Assembly: GCA_963843375.1 (NCBI GenBank)
Contig: CAWJKT010000004.1
Span: forward strand, 416,001 to 480,000
Direction: 5' to 3'
From: an uncultured Pseudomonadota bacterium
GTDB lineage: Bacteria; Oederibacteriota; Muellerivitia; Muellerivitales; Muellerivitaceae
Length of the DNA stretch: 64,000 nt
Part shown: positions 1-10,761 of the stretch, piece after piece
Position numbering within the stretch: position 1 is the stretch's first letter
How the letters are laid out: every line of letters begins with the position of its first letter
Position numbers and translations under genes: made by a program
Notes under the pieces: model-generated
What the model was told of the DNA's origin: nothing
The model's database searches: none
The model's input: only the letters and a program-made list of their open reading frames with translations

Positions 1-183
1 AGCGGGATGGGGATGGGCTCTCTGGAATTTCCGGGGAGATTTTGGCCCCCTAGATAGCGGCCGAAAAGATGTGGATTACGAGAACCTCCAGGGGCATCAA
101 TTGGATAAGAAAATGTTGGAATTGTTGCGAGGATATTAAAAAGGGGACCCCAATTATTGTCCTGTTCCCTGTAAAACGAAGTA

Positions 184-615
184 TTACTGCCAAGTCCCCA
201 GGATGATGCCCATCACCAGGAAAGACACCAAGTAATAACCCACGTTGATGAAATAAAACTTCCAGGGTTTACTGTCAAAAAAGATACTGTTCAACTGGCT
301 GGTAGCGATGAACCCTAACCAGGTCCAAAATCCTGCGTTCAGGCCTGCGAAAACACCCGAAACATGGAAAAAATTTTGCCCTGATAAGACGTTAAAGACT
401 AGACAATAAGCGGTCAGGAGATTGGCCAAAAAAGCGAAAATGTAGTTCTTTCCAGCTTTTTTCTTCATTTCTTTGCGTTGATTCTTGCTCAATTTGTCGA
501 AGCCCATCAGTTTAGACCAGGTCTTCCTGAAGAGACCCATGTACCAAAGGGCGCCGACAGCAAAATAAGCGATCCCGGCCATCAACACGGCTAGGTAATT
601 AATATGAATATCCAT
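184..615 (-). CDS. DUF1761-family membrane protein
   Basis: 143 aa, four hydrophobic segments; N-terminal INYLAVL..A.F..GALWY and C-terminal F.INVGY pattern typical of DUF1761; GAGG upstream. Confidence 0.8.
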   Translation of the reverse strand: MDIHINYLAVLMAGIAYFAVGALWYMGLFRKTWSKLMGFDKLSKNQRKEMKKKAGKNYIFAFLANLLTAYCLVFNVLSGQNFFHVSGVFAGLNAGFWTWLGFIATSQLNSIFFDSKPWKFYFINVGYYLVSFLVMGIILGTWQ

Positions 616-744
616 TCGTGCCTCCTCTTGGTTTTAAAACAGGGTTATTTTACTGGCAACAGTTTAATCCCAAAGTTAAATCTGGTGCTGAAATGTGCAT
701 ATGGGGCAACCACCTCTAAAAATGTGAAGGTTGCAAAACGGATC

Positions 745-2097
745 CTAATAAAGACTGCCTTCGCGCCGTTGGGCAAAAAGACGGTAATCCTTGGACTGGA
801 TGGCCTTCGCCATGAGCTCGCGAGTTTGCGTATAAGTGGAATTATGAGCCTTCATGTTGTTCAGGGTATAACCCACCTGGAAATAACATCCGCAAAGGAT
901 GAAAGCCAGCCCCAAGAGGCGCCCCCAAGGTTTTTGCCAAATCCAATCCCAGCAGTAAAAGGTGTAAAGCATAAGGGGGGGGAAAAAGAGCAGTATTCTA
1001 AAGGATGCCGCCATATCGGGAGTAAAAAGAAAACAAGCATAGAGCAATAAAAAGGTTCCGAAAATAAGATTTCTGATCCTATTCCAGTCTGCACGAGGAT
1101 GTTTTTTGAAAAATAAAAATACTACCATCGCCAGGAACTGAATAAACCACATCGCCCATAAGAAAAAACCAGGGAGTAATAGCCAATAAGAATGAAGGAG
1201 ATAGCCAACCCGAAGCCTGGTATTTTCCCCTACGAAACGGGCCATTTCGAAACTGGCAAGGGAAAAAAAACGGGCCAGGGTACCGAATAGGTCTTTGAAG
1301 TTATTCCAATTCAAGCCCGACATAAACCCATGTACGTCTTTTCCGGTATTAAAACCGAATTGAGCGTAAGTGGGGACGAGGAGAACCAGCATTGGAAGGG
1401 ACCCCAGTAAAATGAACAAAAAGGATGAGAGGGCTTTGCCATGGCGTGCCTGGAAATAAAAGGAGATCAACAGAAGGGGGCACATGGCCATCCAGGACAT
1501 ATGCAATTGCATGACCCAAAAAAGGCCGAAACCCATGAAGGCGTTGGCCCAAGAAGGATGAAGAAGACCAATGGAAAGACCCGAAACGGTTTCAAAAAAA
1601 CCAAGGAAAAACAAAACACACCCAAGGAACGCGAAGGAAGGGTTGATGACCTGGGTGGAATAATGGGTCAGCCATGGGGCGATATAAAGCCAAGTGTAAA
1701 TGAACCAAGGCGGGAAACCCGGCAAGCGCTTACAACAGTACCAACCCAACAGACTTAAAGCGATAAAAGACAAGATGTTCAAGAAGACATAAGGCGATTC
1801 GGGGACGGGCCATAAGGTGAGAGGGAGGGAAATGAGCAGACCCTCCAAGGCGCCGGGAATCTGGGTTTTAAAGGAAGTCTCTGGTCCCCGCACATCCGGA
1901 CCATAGTAGGGCCATGTTTGGGTGGTATAGGCTTTTAGTCCGATAGCATAGGTCTGTATATAATCCTCGTCGGCGGTGACCGAGGGGCAGTAAAGGCCAA
2001 ACATGACCCTGAAAATAAACGCGGATAAAAGGAAGATAATGATTTTGAAACGGTTAGAGCCGGTTGGGGTCTTGTTTTTCAGCGATGAGTTCAACAT
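745..2097 (-). CDS. Polytopic membrane protein, possibly GT-C-fold glycosyltransferase
   Basis: 450 aa ORF, many TM segments, acidic DED after first TM. Confidence 0.55.
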   Translation of the reverse strand: MLNSSLKNKTPTGSNRFKIIIFLLSAFIFRVMFGLYCPSVTADEDYIQTYAIGLKAYTTQTWPYYGPDVRGPETSFKTQIPGALEGLLISLPLTLWPVPESPYVFLNILSFIALSLLGWYCCKRLPGFPPWFIYTWLYIAPWLTHYSTQVINPSFAFLGCVLFFLGFFETVSGLSIGLLHPSWANAFMGFGLFWVMQLHMSWMAMCPLLLISFYFQARHGKALSSFLFILLGSLPMLVLLVPTYAQFGFNTGKDVHGFMSGLNWNNFKDLFGTLARFFSLASFEMARFVGENTRLRVGYLLHSYWLLLPGFFLWAMWFIQFLAMVVFLFFKKHPRADWNRIRNLIFGTFLLLYACFLFTPDMAASFRILLFFPPLMLYTFYCWDWIWQKPWGRLLGLAFILCGCYFQVGYTLNNMKAHNSTYTQTRELMAKAIQSKDYRLFAQRREGSLY

Positions 2098-2134
2098 AAG
2101 TCCCGAATTGAATTTAAATTGTAGTTTGGATGGG

Positions 2135-2440
2135 TCAGCGTTTTTTTCTCTTAGGAATTAACAATTTCATCAGGAGTGTTTGAAACGCGTAAAGAAAGTA
2201 ATAAAGGGCTATGAGGAAAAAGACCCCGAAAGGTGATCCCAAAGGATCGATGTAATGAACGAAAAAAATCGGGAAAAATTCAGAAATCCAAATGATTATT
2301 CCAATAGTGACGATGAAAGTCGAAGCAAATTGGATGATTTTCCCAAATGTTACTTCGGGATTATCCGATTTCGGGAAAAGGATCGAAACCAATTGTCTTT
2401 CCATCGGAAAGTAATTAATTTTTTTTTGTTTTTTCACCAA
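2135..2440 (-). CDS. Small hypothetical membrane protein
   Basis: 101 aa, two hydrophobic segments, co-oriented between mdh and the upstream membrane gene. Confidence 0.45.
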   Translation of the reverse strand: MVKKQKKINYFPMERQLVSILFPKSDNPEVTFGKIIQFASTFIVTIGIIIWISEFFPIFFVHYIDPLGSPFGVFFLIALYYFLYAFQTLLMKLLIPKRKKR

Positions 2441-2465
2441 AAGCCCATCCGGAAATAAAAATCAG

Positions 2466-3398
2466 TTATTTGAGAGCCTTCATTGTCTCCCGGATAAGAT
2501 CAGCGGATTTTTCCACCATTTTCCGTTCGTGGGGTTCCAAGGGAATCTCAAGGATCGTTTCCAATCCTTTGCGACTGAGTTTGCAAAAGACACCGAAATA
2601 CATGTCTTTCAATCCATATTCGCCTTCCAAGTAAGCGGAACAGGGAACTATCAGTTTTTTATCCTTCAAGATGGCTTCCACCATGGAACCGGCGGCTGCT
2701 CCCGGGGCGTACCATGCCGAAACCCCCAGCAAATTCACCAATTCGCCGCCGCCTTTGCGGGTGCGATCCACGATGGCTTCCACTTGTTCAGGTTTTAGGA
2801 CGCTGGAGATGGGAACCCCGGCGATGGTGGAATAACGAATAAGAGGAACCATCTCATCCCCGTGTCCCCCGATGACGGAGGCATGGACATTTTCAACGGC
2901 GACATCGGCGGCCATGGCTAAAAAAGTCCGCATCCTGCCCGAATCCAATACACCCGCCTGGCCAATGACCTGGTGTTTGGGCAATCCGGAAGCCTTATAA
3001 GCCACATAACACATGGTGTCCAAAGGGTTCGTCACTACAATCAGAATCGTATTGGGGGAGCCGGCTACCAATTTCTTGGTGACGTCCGCAACAATGCCTT
3101 GGTTGATGGCGACCAAATCCTCCCGGCTCATGCCCGGCTTGCGAGGAACTCCTGCGGTGATGACACAAATGTCCGAGTTGGCGGTTTCAGCGTAATCGGT
3201 TGTGCCGGTCAAGTGGGTGTTGTAGCCCGAAATGGGACCCACCTGTTGCATATCAAGGGCTTTGCCCTTGGGCATTTCCTTGGTCGCCGGGATATCCAGG
3301 AGAACGATGTTTCCCAGATCCCTTTCGGCCATCCAGGCCGCACAGGAAGCACCAACGTTACCGGCTCCCACAACAGTAATTTTGGGACGATTGGACAT
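2466..3398 (-). CDS. mdh: Malate dehydrogenase (LDH-like MDH)
   Basis: GAGNVG Rossmann motif, TAGVPRKPGMSREDL, NPLD, LDSGR, GGHGD; start at MSNRPK after GGAGA RBS. Confidence 0.95.
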   Translation of the reverse strand: MSNRPKITVVGAGNVGASCAAWMAERDLGNIVLLDIPATKEMPKGKALDMQQVGPISGYNTHLTGTTDYAETANSDICVITAGVPRKPGMSREDLVAINQGIVADVTKKLVAGSPNTILIVVTNPLDTMCYVAYKASGLPKHQVIGQAGVLDSGRMRTFLAMAADVAVENVHASVIGGHGDEMVPLIRYSTIAGVPISSVLKPEQVEAIVDRTRKGGGELVNLLGVSAWYAPGAAAGSMVEAILKDKKLIVPCSAYLEGEYGLKDMYFGVFCKLSRKGLETILEIPLEPHERKMVEKSADLIRETMKALK

Positions 3399-3589
3399 AA
3401 AGTCTCCTTCAATAAAGGAAATGGGATCCGCCAAAAACGAAGCTGTAGTCTAGCGAAAGGGTTTCTGCCTGTCTATGATGCGTGGCGGCTTGCCAAAGTC
3501 ATTTGGATTACCTGGGTTTACTTGACATATGTGGATGGCCCCATTAGGTTGGGTTCCCTGCGGATTTGGCTATTTAATGAGGTGATTCA

Positions 3590-4132
3590 ATGGGCGAAAC
3601 GGAAAAGCGAAAAGGTTTTACGGTGTGGTTCACCGGCCTTTCGGGATCGGGTAAATCCACTATTGCCGAAAGGGTGGCTTTAAAACTGGAGCGCCGGGGC
3701 TTGCCCGTTGAAATCTTGGATGGAGACGTGGTGCGAACACACCTGTCCAAAGGATTGGGCTTTTCTCACGAGGACAGGGATGAAAACATCAAGCGCGTCG
3801 GTTTCGTGTGCCAGCTTTTGACTCGAAATGGTGTGGCTGCGATCGCTTCCGTGATTTCGCCTTACCGGGAAGCCCGGGATCATAACCGTCAAAAAATCAA
3901 AAATTTCGTGGAAGTCTATACCCGCTGCCCCATTGAAATTTGCGCCGAAAGAGATTTGAAAGGGCTTTACCAAAAAGCGAAGGCCGGGGAGATCAAGGGT
4001 TTTACAGGCGTGGACGATCCTTATGAGCCGCCCTTGAACCCTGAAGTGGTTTGCAAGACCGACACCGAATCCGTCGAGGAAAGCGTCGACAAGGTCATCC
4101 GGAAACTCGAAGAGATGGGATACCTCGTTTAA
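3590..4132 (+). CDS. cysC: Adenylyl-sulfate kinase
   Basis: [13 protein letters not shown]-loop, [36 protein letters not shown]. Confidence 0.95.
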   Translation: MGETEKRKGFTVWFTGLSGSGKSTIAERVALKLERRGLPVEILDGDVVRTHLSKGLGFSHEDRDENIKRVGFVCQLLTRNGVAAIASVISPYREARDHNRQKIKNFVEVYTRCPIEICAERDLKGLYQKAKAGEIKGFTGVDDPYEPPLNPEVVCKTDTESVEESVDKVIRKLEEMGYLV

Positions 4133-6394
4133 ATGCCGGTGGATTCGAAAATTTCATCTTTTTTTTCCCGTCGTCCATTCTTGGCCGGGCCGGGAATATT
4201 GGCGCTGACCACGGCGGTCCTTTTCAACCGCTTTCTCTCCCCCTTCACCCAACGCATCCTTTCCCTTTCCGGGGAAGATATGACGAGCCAATTTGTCTGG
4301 TGGCGCCAATTTGGCTTTGAGGAGTTGAAAAAAGGCCATTTGGCCCTTTGGGATCCCTATCTTTTTTGCGGGGCCCCCTATTTCGCAGGATTCCAATCCG
4401 CCCTCCTTTATCCTCCTAACTGGCTTTTCATGTTTTTGCCACTACCCTTTGCCCTCAATTTCACTATCGCTCTTCATACCTTTTTAGGAGGCTGGTTCAC
4501 TTACTTATGGATCAGGGGAAGAGGGTCCCGGGCGACTTCCGCGCTTTTAGCCGGCTTTATGTTTATGTTCGGGGCTGCTTTCTTCCTTCATGTTGTGCCG
4601 GGCCACCTGCCCAACCTTTGCACCATGGTTTGGATTCCCCTGATACTTTTGGCCGTGGATCAATTCCGCAAAAAGGATGAAATCCGGTGGATGGTCCTGG
4701 GAATGTTGGCTTGGAGTTTTCAGATATTGGCCGGGCATATCCAGTATGTTTATTACACCTTCCTGTTTGTTGGCCTTTACACCTTGGCGGATCTGCCCCT
4801 AGTCCTGAAAAAAATGAGGTTCCTTTCGGGTTTGGCCGGGATGGGCTTGGGCGCGGGGCTTCTTTGCGCAGTTCAGCTGTTGGCCGGTTGGGACGCGGCC
4901 GCAGAAAGCATCCGGTCTCAACATCTCAACATTGACATTTTGGATGTAGGAGACATGACGCCTGAGCGCCTTTGGGGCTTATTGATGCCCGGCTTTTTCG
5001 GAAACTATCGTGATTACTGGGGCGGCGGCATGTATTGGGAAGGAGCGATGGCGGTCAGCATGACCGGATTTGTCCTGGCGCTGTTTGGACTAGCGACTTC
5101 TCGGAACCGACAAAAATACTTATTCGCGGGTATAGGGCTTTTTTTCACTTTGGTCGCCATTGGAAAGCGCGGCCCTTTTTTTATTCCACTTTGCAAATAT
5201 TTACCTCTCTTTGATGACTTTCGAGGGATAGGGAAACTGAATATCCTCATTACCTTAAGCTTGATCGCATTGGCGTCGATGGGAATGGACGAGGTATTGG
5301 AAGGGTACCCATCGCTGGTAAAACTTGCCAAGAGTTCCGTCGTAAGCGCGGGTCTGACCGGACTTTTAGCCATTATTGGATGGGTTTCACTCGAGTGGGG
5401 CGGGGGAAGGATTTTCAGAAAATTCCCGACCGAAGGCCCCCATATCATCCAAAGCCTCCTTTTTTGCTCCCTCATTTTTCTGGTTCTTTCCCTTCTTTCC
5501 TGGCTCGGTTTAAGACGAACATGGTTTCGTTATGGATTCCTGGTGATCGCCTTCCTGGAACTTTTTGGGTTTGCCTGGATCAACATGCCTTCTTTTGATT
5601 ACAGGACTCTTATGAACAGGGTGAAGGTGATCCCCCAGACCTACCAAAAAGACCCGGGGGATTACCGGATCTCAGCTAATTTCTGTTACGCCATGGGCTT
5701 CAAAGGTTTCGAGGTTTGGGGAGATGACCCGGTCATTCCATATCGTTATGCTGTTTTCGCTTCCGCGTCCCAGAACTATGGTTCTTATATAGAAGTTCTT
5801 TGGAAGGCCTTTTTAAAAGAACCTCCGCCTTCTCTGGGACTGTTGAGGTTGCGTTATATTTTCAACGAAAGTCCCGGAGGGTTGGATGTTCGCCGTACCG
5901 GATTAAAGGAAACACCCCGTTTTTTCGTGACAGGTCAATGGAGAGTTCTGAAGCCGGAAGATATACTGGCGGATACCCTCCAGCCTGGTTTCGACGCCAC
6001 CCGAGAAGCATTGTTGGAATCCGATCCCGGCATCGTCTCTAAGCCGGGGAATCTGGAAAGCCGCATAAAATGGGAAGATCTTTCGACGGACGAGATTCGA
6101 ATCGACGCCCAGGTGTCCCAGCCCTCCGTGTTAGTTGTGGCTGATAACTACAGCCATGGATGGAAAGCTGTCCCCCTGGATACCTCCGCGCAACGGGGTT
6201 ATTCCGTGATGCCAGCCTACGGTTTTTTAAGGGCGATCCCCTTGGAAGCGGGGGAGCACCACATCCTTTTGGAATATCGGCCGACGGCTTTTGTCATCGG
6301 CAAGTGGATTTCGATCTTTGCCTGGCTGTCCTTGGCGGTTTTCTTGTTTTGGAAAAGAAATATTTTTTTCGGGAAAAACTTTGAAATCGGGTGA
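4133..6394 (+). CDS. YfhO-family membrane protein (GT-C-like), paralog 1
   Basis: 753 aa; LWDPYLFCGAP, LLYPPNWL, LAGHIQY, C-terminal DNYSHGWKA...RAIPLEAGEHHI..EYRP. Confidence 0.8.
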   Translation: MPVDSKISSFFSRRPFLAGPGILALTTAVLFNRFLSPFTQRILSLSGEDMTSQFVWWRQFGFEELKKGHLALWDPYLFCGAPYFAGFQSALLYPPNWLFMFLPLPFALNFTIALHTFLGGWFTYLWIRGRGSRATSALLAGFMFMFGAAFFLHVVPGHLPNLCTMVWIPLILLAVDQFRKKDEIRWMVLGMLAWSFQILAGHIQYVYYTFLFVGLYTLADLPLVLKKMRFLSGLAGMGLGAGLLCAVQLLAGWDAAAESIRSQHLNIDILDVGDMTPERLWGLLMPGFFGNYRDYWGGGMYWEGAMAVSMTGFVLALFGLATSRNRQKYLFAGIGLFFTLVAIGKRGPFFIPLCKYLPLFDDFRGIGKLNILITLSLIALASMGMDEVLEGYPSLVKLAKSSVVSAGLTGLLAIIGWVSLEWGGGRIFRKFPTEGPHIIQSLLFCSLIFLVLSLLSWLGLRRTWFRYGFLVIAFLELFGFAWINMPSFDYRTLMNRVKVIPQTYQKDPGDYRISANFCYAMGFKGFEVWGDDPVIPYRYAVFASASQNYGSYIEVLWKAFLKEPPPSLGLLRLRYIFNESPGGLDVRRTGLKETPRFFVTGQWRVLKPEDILADTLQPGFDATREALLESDPGIVSKPGNLESRIKWEDLSTDEIRIDAQVSQPSVLVVADNYSHGWKAVPLDTSAQRGYSVMPAYGFLRAIPLEAGEHHILLEYRPTAFVIGKWISIFAWLSLAVFLFWKRNIFFGKNFEIG

Positions 6395-8636
6395 AAATTC
6401 AGAGCGGGATACAAAAAACAAGAACCGATATTTCCAATCGATTTGGAAAATACCCGGCCTTTTACTGGCCGCCACCCTGGCGGTCTTCTGGGATTTCCTC
6501 TCTCCCTATACCTCAAAGGTTTTATCCATCCCCGGGGGGGATTTGAGCGACATCCTGGTCAGTTGGTATCAGTTCGGCTTCGGAGAGCTTCGAAAAGGCC
6601 ACTTGACGCTCTGGAATCCCTATCTTTGCGGCGGCCTTCCCTTTTTGGGCGGATTCCAATCCGCCCTTCTTTATCCCCCCAATTGGTTGTTCATGGTTTT
6701 ACCTCTTCCCTTCGCCTTGAACTTAAATTTCGCGCTTCATGTTTTCCTGTCCGGGTGGTTTACCTTCCTTTGGATTAGCCGAAGGGGGTCGCATCCCGCC
6801 TCCGCCTTAATGGCCGCCTTGGGTTTCATGTTCGGGGGATCCACCTTTCTCCACCTGGTTCCGGGGCACCTGCCCAACGTTGACTCGATGACCTGGACTC
6901 CGCTCGTCTTCTTAGCGGTGGATGGCTGCCTGGAACGGGTGGAAAAGAAGTGGATTCTCCTGGGAATGTTCGCCCTCTCCATGCAAATCCTCTCCGGGCA
7001 CATTCAGTACGGCTATTACACCGTCTTTGCCGCGAGTCTCTACGTCCTTTTGAACATTCCCCGGACGGGCCAGAAAAAAATTTTTTTGGCGGCCTGGGTT
7101 GTTATGGGCGCGGGGGCGGGATTGCTCACGGCGGTACAGCTTTTGACCGGGTGGGAAGCGGCTGGGGAGAGCGTAAGGACTCAGCATTTATCCTTGGATT
7201 TTCTCAATATCGCCTCCATCACCCCCGAGAGGCTTTGGTGCCTTTTGATGCCCCGTTTTTTCGGAGGATGGAGGAATTATTGGGGTGGAAGTTTTTATTG
7301 GGAGGGTGTTCTATTCATCAGCGTGACAGCCTTCCTGCTTGCTCTTTTCGCTTTGGGGTCATCCCCGCATCCTCAAAAGAAAATCTTTGCGGCAATCGCC
7401 TTGTTCCTGGGTTCCCTGGCGATTGGCACCCATCTGCCGCTTTTCGCTTTTTTTTGCAAGTGGGTTCCCTTTTTCGGAAATTTCCGGGGAGTCGGAAAGT
7501 TGAACGTCCAGATAACCTTGTGCCTGTTGGCCCTTGCGGCCATGGGAATGGACGGAATTTTTGACCATCCCCGAAACTTGAAGGGGTTCGGACAGCTTGC
7601 GGGATGGGGAAGCGGAATATTCTTTTTCACCGCTGGCCTCTTTTTAGCCGTGCCCCGCCTTGGGGGAGCGAGGATTTTTCGCCAATACCTGGTTTATGCC
7701 GGGTCCATGACCCTTAGCCTTTTGTTTTGCGGCATCCTTTTGGCTGGTCTGGCGTTTTTGGCGTGGGCCAGCCTGAGGCGGCCGGCTTGGAGGTGGATGT
7801 TCGTCGTGGTGGCTTTCCTCGAACTCTTTCTCTTTGCCAAAGACAACTTGCCGTTCTTTGATTTCAAGGAACTAAGCGCGAAAGTCTCTGGAATTCAGGA
7901 AATTTATTCCCGGGATCCGGGGGATTACCGGGTTTCAGCGGCCATCCCCGATACCACCTTGGGAGCCCGTGGATGGGACATATGGGGGGAAGATCCCGTA
8001 AACCCTTTTCGCTACGCCCGATTTGTATGCGCGACTCAAGGTTTGGATGTCGATAAGGATACCCAATTGATTCCCTTCTTCCGCCAATGGCCGCCCTCGA
8101 TGGGATTGCTGCGGTTAAGATACGTTATCAAACAAGAAGCGGGCCAATGGCGGGTGGAAAAAACAGGATTTCGGGAGCCGCCACGGGCTTTTTTAACCGA
8201 ACGTTTCGAGGTATTGAATCCCGACGAAATCCTCAAACGGACCCTCGATCCACGGTTTGACCCAACTAAGGAGGCGTTGTTGGAATCCGGACCCGGAATC
8301 CCGTCGGGGAATGATTCGGCCGCTGGCCATGTTTTGTTGAAGGATCTTTCCAGCGATAAAATCGAGGTTGAAGCGGAAATTTCCAAACCCGCCCTTTTGG
8401 TGGTTACCGATAACTACAGCCGGGGATGGAAGATCGAGCCCCAATCGGCCGATACGCAGGGCCGATACCAGGTAATGCCAGTCAATGGTTTTCAAAGGGC
8501 GATCCCACTTTTGACAGGAAGCCACCACTTTTATATGGAATACATTCCAAGCCTTTTTAATTTTGGCAAATGGATTTCCATCGGTTCCTGGATTTGTTTT
8601 TTTGCCCTTTTAGTCCTGAAAAGACGAGGCCTATAA
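6381..8636 (+). CDS. YfhO-family membrane protein (GT-C-like), paralog 2; start uncertain
   Basis: Same motifs as paralog 1 (LWNPYLCGGLP, LLYPPNWL, LSGHIQY, DNYSRGWK); in-frame TTG at 6381 chosen. Confidence 0.8.
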   Translation: MKSGENSERDTKNKNRYFQSIWKIPGLLLAATLAVFWDFLSPYTSKVLSIPGGDLSDILVSWYQFGFGELRKGHLTLWNPYLCGGLPFLGGFQSALLYPPNWLFMVLPLPFALNLNFALHVFLSGWFTFLWISRRGSHPASALMAALGFMFGGSTFLHLVPGHLPNVDSMTWTPLVFLAVDGCLERVEKKWILLGMFALSMQILSGHIQYGYYTVFAASLYVLLNIPRTGQKKIFLAAWVVMGAGAGLLTAVQLLTGWEAAGESVRTQHLSLDFLNIASITPERLWCLLMPRFFGGWRNYWGGSFYWEGVLFISVTAFLLALFALGSSPHPQKKIFAAIALFLGSLAIGTHLPLFAFFCKWVPFFGNFRGVGKLNVQITLCLLALAAMGMDGIFDHPRNLKGFGQLAGWGSGIFFFTAGLFLAVPRLGGARIFRQYLVYAGSMTLSLLFCGILLAGLAFLAWASLRRPAWRWMFVVVAFLELFLFAKDNLPFFDFKELSAKVSGIQEIYSRDPGDYRVSAAIPDTTLGARGWDIWGEDPVNPFRYARFVCATQGLDVDKDTQLIPFFRQWPPSMGLLRLRYVIKQEAGQWRVEKTGFREPPRAFLTERFEVLNPDEILKRTLDPRFDPTKEALLESGPGIPSGNDSAAGHVLLKDLSSDKIEVEAEISKPALLVVTDNYSRGWKIEPQSADTQGRYQVMPVNGFQRAIPLLTGSHHFYMEYIPSLFNFGKWISIGSWICFFALLVLKRRGL

Positions 8637-8644
8637 TAAAAGCC

Positions 8645-9325
8645 ATGGAAGAGATCACCGCCGAACAATTTTTGGAAAACGCCAAGACCTGGAAACCCGA
8701 GGAAGATTTTAAGGCCCGGGTCGACAAGCAATTGCGTATTGCCCATGCCCCGGAAGACCTGATAGGGGATCTGAGCCTAGCCTTCCGCCGTTGTTCCGAC
8801 AGTACTTACGATTACATCCAGCACATCCACGAGTTGGCCACTACAAAGGAAATCGACCGAAAGAATTTCCTTCCCCAAGTCGCCCATTTGGTCGGACTCG
8901 TCCAAGATGTCCAGGAGGCGGGGCGGCATTACCGAGAAGTCTTTAAGAAATACGACGCCATCACCCGTGGCGCCCTGATCCAAGACCAATTCGACACGGT
9001 TTATTATGACGCCATTCAAAATATCGAATTGAGAGTGTTGCTAAAGAAGATCATTGAAGAAGTGGAAATGGTCCTGCAATCATTCTCCCTGGTGAGCGGC
9101 GACCTCTCGGGCGTCCAGTGCATCGACCTTTACGAGAGCAGTGTCCGTTTTCAGCTTTTCCTTCAGTATTTCCTGAGCAAGAAAAACTTCTCCCCGGAAG
9201 AACTTTGGTCCATTCTTTTCGACGTTTACAATCAGTTGGGGGAGATGGAAAGCCTCTCAATTGAACCGACGGCGGAAGAACTTCGGGATCTGCACGCGAA
9301 AATCCAAAAATTTAAGACAAATTAG
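8645..9325 (+). CDS. Hypothetical helical protein
   Basis: Acidic helical ORF directly after YfhO-2; ATG at 8645. Confidence 0.65.
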   Translation: MEEITAEQFLENAKTWKPEEDFKARVDKQLRIAHAPEDLIGDLSLAFRRCSDSTYDYIQHIHELATTKEIDRKNFLPQVAHLVGLVQDVQEAGRHYREVFKKYDAITRGALIQDQFDTVYYDAIQNIELRVLLKKIIEEVEMVLQSFSLVSGDLSGVQCIDLYESSVRFQLFLQYFLSKKNFSPEELWSILFDVYNQLGEMESLSIEPTAEELRDLHAKIQKFKTN

Positions 9326-9392
9326 AATCGGATAAGTAGGCCGTTAAATAAAGATGGAATTCATGACTTTGAGGGCTGGGTGACAGGTTTCT

Positions 9393-10325
9393 TTAAACCG
9401 GTATGGTAAGACCCTCGTAAGCGCAGATGGTATTGGCGAAAAGGTTCTTGGCGTCCTCTTCCTTGCGCAGGATAAAGGCGTCGTCATGGTTGGGATCGTG
9501 ATGGTAGAGCACCAACTGCTTCACGCCCGCTTCCTTGGCCACGAAACAGGCCATTTCGGGAGTGGAATGTCCGTAGCCCTGAGTGGAGACGGCCCCGGTG
9601 TATTGTTCCATCGTATATTGGGCGTCATGGATCAGAAGGTCCGCGCCCTTGGAAAACTGAATCAACCTGCGGTCGCCCGCGGCGTAACTCTCGATATCCG
9701 TGGCGTAAACCACCGATTTTCCAGCATATTGTAATTTGTAAACCAAGGTTCCATTCTTGGGATGATTGTAAGCGCGATATTGGCTCACAATAACCTTGTC
9801 CTTAAAACTCGCCTTGAAATCCGTCTGCAAATTCACCAATTCGGCTTCGGCTCCTTCCGCCAGGAGAATCTGGTCGAAAGGCTTGAGGGTGGCAATTTTC
9901 TTGATGGAATGAGTTTCCTTCAGGTCGACAGGAAAGAACATCTGGTCCATCATCATATCCAACACGTATTCCAAGCCGGTTTTGGAGTCCACCGGCCCAT
10001 AACCCGAGGGTCCGAAAAGAGAGATGGAGGAATCCCCGATATAAAGGGGGGGGAAAAAAGGAAGTCCCATGATGTGGTCATGATGGGTATGGGTAATCAA
10101 GATGGTCGTGACGAGGCGCTTCATCTTGTCGCGGTTGGCGAAGAAGTTTCGGACCAACTGCTGTCCTGCCTGAACGATTCCGGTGCCAGCGTCCAGGAAC
10201 AGGGTATGGTCCAAGACATTCACTTGAACGCAGGAGGAGTTGCCGCCGATCTTGAGTGTTGTCGGACCGGGGACAGGGATGCTTCCGCGAACTCCCCGGA
10301 ACGTTATAGTGAAATCGTGGGCCAT
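9393..10325 (-). CDS. MBL-fold metallo-hydrolase (phosphodiesterase/RNase Z-like)
   Basis: GVRGSIP, DAGTGI, THTHHDHIMG (HxHxDH), YATD, HDAQY, GHS, HHDP. Confidence 0.9.
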   Translation of the reverse strand: MAHDFTITFRGVRGSIPVPGPTTLKIGGNSSCVQVNVLDHTLFLDAGTGIVQAGQQLVRNFFANRDKMKRLVTTILITHTHHDHIMGLPFFPPLYIGDSSISLFGPSGYGPVDSKTGLEYVLDMMMDQMFFPVDLKETHSIKKIATLKPFDQILLAEGAEAELVNLQTDFKASFKDKVIVSQYRAYNHPKNGTLVYKLQYAGKSVVYATDIESYAAGDRRLIQFSKGADLLIHDAQYTMEQYTGAVSTQGYGHSTPEMACFVAKEAGVKQLVLYHHDPNHDDAFILRKEEDAKNLFANTICAYEGLTIPV

Positions 10326-10462
10326 TCAACTCCTTTGAGGTTGAAACCTGCTTTTGAAATTTGCCATATTATTTCCAAAAAAAACCAGTTTGGCAATCAT
10401 TTCAGGACGCAAACGAGGCTATTCGTTAACCAAACCCTGCTGGAAACCCCGAAGAAGGTCGA

Positions 10463-10633
10463 TCAGGGCTCCCAAAGGGCCCGCGGTCCGCAGTTTTCGC
10501 AGGGTGGAGCGTTGTCACCTGCCTTGAAGTAACGGTTTATGATGCGGTTCTCGTTGGCACAAGTCACGCAAAGATGCGGCCCCGTGTAGAGGAACTTCTC
10601 ACCCGGTTTGCGGGCCGAGATATCGATGTTCAT
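10463..10633 (-). CDS. Small zinc-ribbon protein (56 aa)
   Basis: MNIDISARKPGEK...CVTC...PPCENC...W; two CxxC pairs. Confidence 0.6.
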   Translation of the reverse strand: MNIDISARKPGEKFLYTGPHLCVTCANENRIINRYFKAGDNAPPCENCGPRALWEP

Positions 10634-10707
10634 TTTATTTTTATTCTCCGGGTTATAAGGCGTACCGGAAGGTAATGTTTCCAAAAGATTCTCGCTTTGT
10701 ATGGAAT

Positions 10708-10738
10708 GAAAAAGCCCCGTCTCAAAGAGACAGGGCTT
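10708..10738 (-). terminator. Intrinsic terminator downstream of aconitase
   Basis: AAGCCCCGTCTC-AAA-GAGACAGGGCTT hairpin followed by a T run on the minus strand. Confidence 0.65.
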
Positions 10739-10761
10739 GGGGTAAAGCGGATTTTTTCTTC

